This document shows, piece by piece, positions 17,466 through 23,433 of a DNA stretch of 32,000 nucleotides. Each line of letters opens with the position of its first letter. Within the stretch, counting starts at the first letter, position 1. The notes beneath the pieces are model-generated. The model was given only the letters and a program-made list of their open reading frames with translations. It made no database searches and was not told the origin of the DNA. Made by a program: the position numbers and the translations under genes. This stretch comes from an uncultured Opitutales bacterium (lineage in GTDB: Bacteria; Verrucomicrobiota; Verrucomicrobiia; Opitutales; Intestinicryptomonadaceae): contig CAKUIA010000006.1 of NCBI GenBank assembly GCA_934660865.1, positions 60,001 to 92,000 of the forward strand, read 5' to 3'.

Positions 17466-17737
17466 TAGTCTTCTGGAAACAACATTGTAGTTGAGCTTCT
17501 GTCGGCTTCGGTGATTATCCAAATTTTCGTTTTGTCGGGAAGCTCGTATTGGCTTAGAAGCCGACGAGCATTTTTCAATGATTCGTAGTTTTCTTTCTTA
17601 TCCTCCTCGCATATCGAACCCCAATCGCAATTCGCGTGGCGCAATAGATATGGAAGCAGTAAAAACCTCTTTTCTTTGCAATAGTTGAAAAGCGTAGTTG
17701 TCGCAACAATCTGACCGAGTTCAAACTTTTGGTTCAT
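17462..17737 (-). CDS. Small conserved plasmid/phage protein (CDWG ... WIITEADRSSTT ... PEDY family, name not recalled)
   Basis: 91 aa. The motifs LRHANCDWGSICEEDKKENYESL and KIWIITEADRSSTTMLFPEDY match a family I remember from plasmids and ICEs near anti-restriction genes. It has its own consensus promoter. Confidence 0.7.
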   Translation of the reverse strand: MNQKFELGQIVATTTLFNYCKEKRFLLLPYLLRHANCDWGSICEEDKKENYESLKNARRLLSQYELPDKTKIWIITEADRSSTTMLFPEDY

Positions 17738-17777
17738 CGTATCTTACCTTTCCCTTCTGTTGGTTGTTTATCTTGTT

Positions 17778-17806
17778 ATTATACCATATTTTATGACAAT
17801 TCGCAA
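17778..17806 (-). promoter_or_regulatory. Leftward sigma70 promoter TTGCGA-N17-TATAAT
   Basis: The minus strand reads G-TTGCGA-ATTGTCATAAAATATGG-TATAAT. It drives 17462-17737 (SD GGGAAAGG). Confidence 0.6.
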
Positions 17807-17850
17807 CGGTTTTATTTGGCGTTTTTACGATAAAAAACCGAAGAAAAATG

Positions 17851-17879
17851 TTGCGAATATTATCCAACTATGTTATTAT
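17851..17879 (+). promoter_or_regulatory. Rightward sigma70 promoter TTGCGA-N17-TATTAT
   Basis: TTGCGA lies at 17851-17856 and TATTAT at 17874-17879. It is followed by SD AAAGGTAGG and ATG 17916. It shares the 9-mer GTTGCGAAT with the leftward promoter. Confidence 0.55.
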
Positions 17880-17915
17880 TAGCAACATAGACTAACAGGA
17901 ATAAAGGTAGGATAT

Positions 17916-18536
17916 ATGAATCAATACGATACAATGACAATCACCGAAGAACAGGCAAAACGCTACGAATTCCCCGCAAAGGCTGTCGGATATTGGGCGA
18001 TAATCGAAGAGACGGAAGAACAAATGGTTCTACATCGACTCACGAAAAGCGGGCAATTAGGAAGCGACAGACCGAACAATATCCTGAAAGTAAAAAAGCT
18101 CGATATTTCCGAAATATTCAAATCCGAGAAGTCCCAAGATGAAAAAGTATTAACCGCAAAGGCAAGCGACGGAAAAGAAGTTGTAATTGTTCGCAGTAGG
18201 ACTGTCGATATTTCCGACAACGCCGAAGAGCCGAAAATAGAAAACTCTCCCGAAGAAAACGTTAAGATTGACGAACCCTCCTCCGACAATAATTGGAGGA
18301 GTCTTAACATCGGAACAAGGAAATCCCGATGGATAGCGCAACTAATCGAGAAGATGAAATCAGAACCGTTCACTGGGCAATTCATTGAGAAAATCGGCGA
18401 GAGAAAATTTGTAGAACAGGTTTTGAAAGATACTGATTCCGAACGGGAATTCGGGAAAGCGTATAGCTCGATAGAAACGGCTATGAAAGTGTGGAATTCG
18501 AGAATCAGAAAGAATGTTGAATATGCCGTCAGATAG
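17916..18536 (+). CDS. Hypothetical acidic protein (206 aa)
   Basis: Good SD and promoter. The sequence is E/K-rich and protein-like. The antisense 217-aa ORF is Ser/Phe-rich junk. Confidence 0.7.
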   Translation: MNQYDTMTITEEQAKRYEFPAKAVGYWAIIEETEEQMVLHRLTKSGQLGSDRPNNILKVKKLDISEIFKSEKSQDEKVLTAKASDGKEVVIVRSRTVDISDNAEEPKIENSPEENVKIDEPSSDNNWRSLNIGTRKSRWIAQLIEKMKSEPFTGQFIEKIGERKFVEQVLKDTDSEREFGKAYSSIETAMKVWNSRIRKNVEYAVR

Positions 18537-18882
18537 ATTTTTCCACATTCTTTGCACCGACGGCGAGAAAGTCCGCTATGAGGGGCGATTCCAATGCTCG
18601 AGCCGAAATGTTGCATACCGACTCTTGCGCGAAAAAGTCGGCAAAAAGAACCTCTACGGACTCAAATACACCATCACTGAATTCCCAATAGAAGTTCTTC
18701 GTGAAATTATAGATTCAATTCTGAATAAAAGACCTCTGCCCGAGGGAGATATTTTAAAGCACAAGACGGTTCAAAGCCCACCGAAACAGCCTCCACAAGT
18801 CTACGCAAATGTTAAAGATATGCGGTATAATCCACACAAGCCGACTCGCTCGACGGTAAAAAGGCGATTGGGGGATTTATGA
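18514..18882 (+). CDS. Hypothetical protein (122 aa)
   Basis: Overlaps the upstream gene by 23 nt. Its stop overlaps the next start (ATGA). No recognised domain. Confidence 0.6.
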   Translation: MLNMPSDRFFHILCTDGEKVRYEGRFQCSSRNVAYRLLREKVGKKNLYGLKYTITEFPIEVLREIIDSILNKRPLPEGDILKHKTVQSPPKQPPQVYANVKDMRYNPHKPTRSTVKRRLGDL

Positions 18883-19295
18883 AATACCTTCTCGACCTAA
18901 ACCAGACGCTTGTCGACCGCGAGAAAGACGCGCCGAGAATACGACCGTTTGAGCGTCAAATAGAACGCGAGACATACCGCCAGTGGCTCGTTGAAATCTT
19001 GCGGGATAGCTATGTAATCCTGATAACGGCGCGCCCCGTAAAATACAAACAAATGACGCTCGAACGGATTTTGGCTCTCACAAATTGGCAGCCTCGGGAA
19101 GCATATTTCGCGGAAATAAAAACGCTCCCGCACCTAAAAAAAGAATATCTCTTGCGCAAATACATACTTCCAAGATTTAAGCCCGACGAACTTTTCGGAA
19201 TAGAAAGCAACCCCAAAACCCGCACGATATATTCAAATTACGGAATTGCGTCCGCTCCCGCCATCGACGAAAACGGCGTTAAAATATCGCTTTAA
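18879..19295 (+). CDS. Conserved hypothetical protein, paralog A (weak HAD-like motifs)
   Basis: 138 aa. The sequence MKYLLDLNQTLV ... RQIERETYRQWLVEILRDSYVILITARPVKYK ... FGIESNPKTR is, by eye, more than half identical to 21449-21883. DLNQT resembles HAD motif I (DxDxT), with Asn at the second acidic position. Confidence 0.7.
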   Translation: MKYLLDLNQTLVDREKDAPRIRPFERQIERETYRQWLVEILRDSYVILITARPVKYKQMTLERILALTNWQPREAYFAEIKTLPHLKKEYLLRKYILPRFKPDELFGIESNPKTRTIYSNYGIASAPAIDENGVKISL

Positions 19296-19321
19296 TTTTG
19301 ACACTTCCGCCGTTATATATG
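19294..19321 (+). repeat. Junction motif copy: AATTTTGACA-N15-ATG (ParB-like gene)
   Basis: TAATTTTGACACTTCCGCCGTTATATATGG. Near-identical to the copy at 22712-22741. Confidence 0.45.
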
Positions 19322-19957
19322 GCAGAAGACAAAGCACGCATTTTGGCGGACGGAATTGAAGTTTGGTGCGCCTACGACAAACTCGTAAAGGTTGACGAAC
19401 TTATTCCCCACCCGAAAAATCCCAACACCCACCCGCAAAACCAGATAAAGATTCTGGCGCAGAATATCCGCTACCACGGTTGGCGGCACCCGATTGTGGT
19501 TTCAAAACTTTCTGGCTACATTGTGGCTGGACACGGCAGACTCGAAGCCGCGAAAGAATTGGGCGTTTCAATCGTCCCCGTAGAATTTCAAAAATTTTCT
19601 TCCGAAGACAACGAACTTGCCGTTCTTGTCGGCGACAACCGCTTGGCGGAGCTTTCGAGCATAGACCTAAACGGGCTTCAAGACATCGTAGACGGTTTCA
19701 AGGAGACGAGCTTCGATACAATCTTGGCAGGTTTTGAACCAGCCGATTTGGACGCTCTGCTTGACGAAAAAACTCCCGATTTTGAAGACGAAGCCGAAAG
19801 GGAGCTTACCCAATCGGAAGTTACAATTCAGGCTGGGAACTATCGATTCCGCATAAGTCAGGAAGATTTCGGTGTATGGATTGACAAATTAAAGCAGGAA
19901 GTCGGCTTCGACAAGGAATCGGTAATTGCCGAACTTCGCAGGAGGCTTTCCATATGA
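19319..19957 (+). CDS. ParB-like N-terminal (ParB/Srx-fold) domain protein
   Basis: I prefer ATG 19319 over the TTG 19298 in the track. ParB-like core: ELIPHPKNPNTHPQNQIKILAQNIRYHGWRHPIVVSKLSGYIVAGHGRLEAAKELG. No SD; preceded by the junction motif. Confidence 0.8.
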   Translation: MAEDKARILADGIEVWCAYDKLVKVDELIPHPKNPNTHPQNQIKILAQNIRYHGWRHPIVVSKLSGYIVAGHGRLEAAKELGVSIVPVEFQKFSSEDNELAVLVGDNRLAELSSIDLNGLQDIVDGFKETSFDTILAGFEPADLDALLDEKTPDFEDEAERELTQSEVTIQAGNYRFRISQEDFGVWIDKLKQEVGFDKESVIAELRRRLSI

Positions 19958-21465
19958 TAAAAATTGAGCCTCTTTCGGCGGTAAACCCGTCGACCTACAA
20001 CCCGCGAACCGCCGACCCGAAGCGGCTTGATTTGATTGAGCTTTCGCTTCGCAAATTGGGATTCATTGCGCCGATATATGCCGACGCAAACGGCGAAATT
20101 CTTTCGGGGCACCAACGCCATTTTGTGGCAACGCGAATGGGCGTAAAAAACGTTCCAGTTTTCAGGATTCCGCCGATGGAATTGGAGAAGCGCAAGGCGT
20201 TGAACATTGTCTTTAACCGCGCCACTAACGACGGCGACATTTGCCAGACACCAGAAAAGGCTAAGCGCATTCTGGAAAGTCTAAATCTCTCGGAACTCGC
20301 CGAAAATATTCAAGACAAGGAGTTGGAGAGCAGAGACTTTTTCAGATGCGCCTACCCTGCGAAGGTGTCGGTTGCAAAACTTTGCAGGATAAATTCGGGA
20401 CGATGGATTCAATACGCAAAGAGCATTGCCAGAACACTTCGCAAGGCTGGAATTGTTATGCCGATTGTCTGCACGCCAGACGGCAAAGTTATAAACGGAA
20501 TCGGAAGACTCGAAATGCTTGCCGAACTCAAAGTAGATACTTGCGATGTGGTCTACATTTCCGAAGACGAGGCGAAATTTGCCGACGCTATGATGAACCT
20601 GCTTACGATGGAGTTCGACATTCACACGCGCTACGCCGATTTGCTCCGCTATAATTCGTTCCGACGCGCCCGCAGAGTTCGCGAAGAATTGGGACACGGC
20701 TTTGTGTTCGCCGTTCACGGGAATAAGCCCTGCCACAGTTTCGATATTTTCGATAAGTCGCAACAGGCGAAATGGCGCAAGGAGCACGGAAATTCAATTC
20801 TCGACTTCGGCGCGGGACACCTTACGGAGACGAACATTTTGAAGTCTGCGGGCTTTGATTGTGTTCCGTTTGAGCCGTATCACATAAGCGTTTCCGAAAT
20901 CGACAAGGAAAAGTCGCTTGAGATTTCGAGGGAATTTCTAAACGCCGTCGCAAATGGCAAGGAATTTACAAGCATATTCATTTCAAGCGTGTTAAACTCA
21001 GTTCCTTTCGCAAGGGATAGAGAACACATAGTTTGCATTTGCGCCGCGTTGTGTCGTCCGTTTACAAAACTCTACGCCTGCGCTTCGTCGACGGCAGAAA
21101 CCGGTTATAGGCAGGTAAACGGCAAGGCATTTCATAATGAATCGAATGCGGGCAATATAGCGTTTCGCCTTGAATACGAATCGGGAGTTCGCATTGGCGA
21201 CTTTCAGGACAAGCCGAAAGTCCAGAAATACCACACAAAAAAGGAATTCTACGAACTCTTTTCGCCGTTTTTTAGAAACATTCAGATTTCGGAAATGACG
21301 GGCAACGTAAACGCCAAATGCGAAAACGTCAGACGCATTCCGTGGGAACGCCTCGAAGAAGCGTTGAGATTTGAATTCAATCTGCCTTATCCCGACGGCT
21401 CTCGTATGGGATTGGTAGACGAGGCAATTTCGGCATTCAAACACCGCTATGAAATACTTGGTTGA
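19954..21465 (+). CDS. Fusion protein: two ParB-like domains plus a C-terminal class-I SAM-dependent methyltransferase domain
   Basis: First ParB-like domain: NPRTADPKRLDLIELSLRKLGFIAPIYADANGEILSGHQRHFVA. Second, degenerate copy: MPIVCTPDGKVINGIGRLEMLAELK. Methyltransferase motif I ILDFGAGHLTE, then FEPY and IFISSVLNSVP. No (D/N/S)PP(Y/F) amino-methyltransferase motif is seen. Confidence 0.8.
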   Translation: MIKIEPLSAVNPSTYNPRTADPKRLDLIELSLRKLGFIAPIYADANGEILSGHQRHFVATRMGVKNVPVFRIPPMELEKRKALNIVFNRATNDGDICQTPEKAKRILESLNLSELAENIQDKELESRDFFRCAYPAKVSVAKLCRINSGRWIQYAKSIARTLRKAGIVMPIVCTPDGKVINGIGRLEMLAELKVDTCDVVYISEDEAKFADAMMNLLTMEFDIHTRYADLLRYNSFRRARRVREELGHGFVFAVHGNKPCHSFDIFDKSQQAKWRKEHGNSILDFGAGHLTETNILKSAGFDCVPFEPYHISVSEIDKEKSLEISREFLNAVANGKEFTSIFISSVLNSVPFARDREHIVCICAALCRPFTKLYACASSTAETGYRQVNGKAFHNESNAGNIAFRLEYESGVRIGDFQDKPKVQKYHTKKEFYELFSPFFRNIQISEMTGNVNAKCENVRRIPWERLEEALRFEFNLPYPDGSRMGLVDEAISAFKHRYEILG

Positions 21466-21883
21466 TTTAAACTATACGCTTGTTGGAAATTCCCCGAGAT
21501 GGGGAGAACCGCGCATTACGCCGTTTTCAAGGCAGATTGAGCGGGAGACATACCGCCAGTGGCTTGTGGATTTCTTGCGGGATAAATACGCAATCCTCAT
21601 TACTGCGCGACCTGCCAAATACAAAGAACAAACGCTTGCGAGGATTTTCTCTCAGACAAATTGGCACCCGCAGGAAACATATTTTGCGGAGATTTCCGCT
21701 ACTCCACCCGAAATCAAAGAAGACCTATTGTTGCGGTATATCTTCCCGAAACACGGCAAAAATGGCGCGGATTTCTTCGGCATTGAAAGCAATCCGAAAA
21801 CGCGGGCAATGTATGGAAAACATGATATAGAATCGCTATGTTTTGCCGATTTTAAGAAACAAACCGTTGACAAATTCGGATAA
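21449..21883 (+). CDS. Conserved hypothetical protein, paralog B of 18879-19295
   Basis: 144 aa: MKYLVDLNYTLV ... RQIERETYRQWLVDFLRDKYAILITARPAKYK ... FGIESNPKTR. It shares a 20-nt identical DNA stretch (GAGACATACCGCCAGTGGCT) with paralog A. Confidence 0.7.
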   Translation: MKYLVDLNYTLVGNSPRWGEPRITPFSRQIERETYRQWLVDFLRDKYAILITARPAKYKEQTLARIFSQTNWHPQETYFAEISATPPEIKEDLLLRYIFPKHGKNGADFFGIESNPKTRAMYGKHDIESLCFADFKKQTVDKFG

Positions 21884-21895
21884 AAGGAAGAGATT

Positions 21896-22066
21896 ATGGG
21901 CATGACAATGATAGCAACACAGACAGAAGAAGAAATCCAACGTCAAGTGCGCGTTATCAGAGATGCCGCGCGGATTATTCGCCGTAGTCGGAGTAAGACC
22001 GACGCTTTTTTAAGGGCTATCGACCCAGATCTTGATAAACGTAAGAAGGCGAAGAAAAGTAAATAA
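21896..22066 (+). CDS. Small basic protein (56 aa), hypothetical
   Basis: Own translation: MGMTMIATQTEEEIQRQVRVIRDAARIIRRSRSKTDAFLRAIDPDLDKRKKAKKSK. SD AAAAGGAAGAG lies upstream. The stop abuts the next ATG (TAAATG). It is below the ORF-track size cutoff. Confidence 0.45.
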   Translation: MGMTMIATQTEEEIQRQVRVIRDAARIIRRSRSKTDAFLRAIDPDLDKRKKAKKSK

Positions 22067-22714
22067 ATGAATTCTTCGCTCATACTTACTGGCTATCACG
22101 GTTGCGATATAACTACGGCATATGACGTTGTTCTGGACGGACGTTTGAATCCGAGTCGAAACACATACGACTGGCTTGGGAATGGCGTTTATTTTTGGGA
22201 AGACGATATTGAAAGAGCCTATGACTGGGCAAAATACGTTTCGGCGAATCCCAAACTTTTTCACAACAAAATAGAACATCCTTGTGTTGTCGGCGCGGTA
22301 ATCGAGTTGAAAAACCATCTTGATTTGACTATTTCAAGCGCAAGGCAGGTCGTAAGAGAAGCATACAACAACATTTCGGAAATCTACGCCGAAAAGGGTT
22401 TGGAATTGCCCAAAAATCGCAAATCGTCAAAAGGCGATGACTATTTGAAGATTCGCGAACTCGACTGCTTGGTTATAAATTCGATAAACGAGTTTAGAAA
22501 AGCCAAGAAAGAACCGCTTATTGATGTCGTTCGAGCTCCGTTTTTGGAGGGTGAACCTCTATACGCAGGGGCTTCTTTTATGAACGAGACTCATATCCAA
22601 ATTTGCGTAAAAGATCTCTCCGCAATTAGGGGATATTTTATTCCGCCGCAATTCAAGAGTATGTTTAAGAACGCAAAAATTCCGAATTGGGATAAGGTTC
22701 TCGGGGAATATTAA
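22067..22714 (+). CDS. DUF3990-like protein (unknown function)
   Basis: 215 aa. The ordered motifs GYHGC, DWLGNGVYFWEDDIERAYDWAK, IDVVRAPFLEGEP and ETHIQICV resemble the DUF3990 pattern I recall (YHGS ... DFGxGFY ... A..WA ... D-h-V-x-G-P ... QI). Confidence 0.55.
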   Translation: MNSSLILTGYHGCDITTAYDVVLDGRLNPSRNTYDWLGNGVYFWEDDIERAYDWAKYVSANPKLFHNKIEHPCVVGAVIELKNHLDLTISSARQVVREAYNNISEIYAEKGLELPKNRKSSKGDDYLKIRELDCLVINSINEFRKAKKEPLIDVVRAPFLEGEPLYAGASFMNETHIQICVKDLSAIRGYFIPPQFKSMFKNAKIPNWDKVLGEY

Positions 22715-22740
22715 ATTTTGACATTCCGCCGTCTTGTATG
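22713..22740 (+). repeat. Junction motif copy: AAATTTTGACA-N14-ATG (CmoA-like gene)
   Basis: TAAATTTTGACATTCCGCCGTCTTGTATGG. TTGACA at 22718-22723, ATG at 22738. Confidence 0.45.
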
Positions 22741-23433
22741 GAATTGCATACGGACGACAGGATTATTTCGCGACAGAGCAACTGGGTGTTCGACGAACAC
22801 GTCGCGCCCGAATTCGACAAGCACGTCAGAAAGAGCGTGCCCAATTACGTTCACGTTCAGGATTTGGCGGAGACATTTTCCGACTGGTTCACATACCCCA
22901 ATTCGACTGTAATCGACTTCGGGGCTTCCACAGGCGAAACCCTGCGCAGGATAAAACGCCGCCATTCGAAAACGATCCACCTCATAGGCTACGACAATTC
23001 GCAGGCGATGATAAATCAGGCGAAAACAAAAGGCGTAGACATCATTTTTGCCGACCTCGAAAAGCCGTTTGTTCTGCCCAATTTTTCCTACGCAGTTTCG
23101 CTTTACACATTGCAATTCCTGCGCCCAGACGCGCGGAACGCGCTGTTAAAGCGCATATTCCACAGCCTTGAAAATTGCGGCGGAATGTTTGTCGTCGAAA
23201 AAGTTCTCGGCTCAACATCGCAAATGCAGGACATTTTGCAACAGCTCTATTGGGAAATGAAGGCAAAGAACGGCTTTTCGTCAGAACAAATCATCAACAA
23301 GGCGAAAGCCCTGCGCGGGTGTATGTATCCCAAAACCGTAGCCGACAACGAAGCGGAATTCCGCGCAATCGGGTTCAATTCGGAAATAGTTTTCAAAGAA
23401 TCGCAGTTCTGCGGTTGGCTGCTTACGAAATGA
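22738..23433 (+). CDS. CmoA-family SAM-dependent enzyme (carboxy-SAM synthase-like)
   Basis: 231 aa with end-to-end similarity to E. coli CmoA as I remember it. Matching segments: NWVFDEHVAPEFDKHVRKSVPNY, VIDFGASTGE, GYDNSQAMINQAK, YTLQFLRPDARNALLKRIF, GGMFVVEKV, KAKNGFSSEQII, and the final FKESQFCGWLL. Its stop overlaps the terL start (ATGA). Confidence 0.75.
   Translation: MELHTDDRIISRQSNWVFDEHVAPEFDKHVRKSVPNYVHVQDLAETFSDWFTYPNSTVIDFGASTGETLRRIKRRHSKTIHLIGYDNSQAMINQAKTKGVDIIFADLEKPFVLPNFSYAVSLYTLQFLRPDARNALLKRIFHSLENCGGMFVVEKVLGSTSQMQDILQQLYWEMKAKNGFSSEQIINKAKALRGCMYPKTVADNEAEFRAIGFNSEIVFKESQFCGWLLTK

Noticed and set aside
17963-18616. Minus-strand 217-aa ORF
   Set aside because: Its Ser/Phe/Ile-rich sequence mirrors the E/K-rich plus-strand gene 17916-18536, which has a promoter and an SD.
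23175-23429. N-terminal 85-codon extension of the terL ORF
   Set aside because: It overlaps the well-supported CmoA-like gene in another frame. ATG 23430 gives the typical GpA N-terminus and an ATGA coupling.
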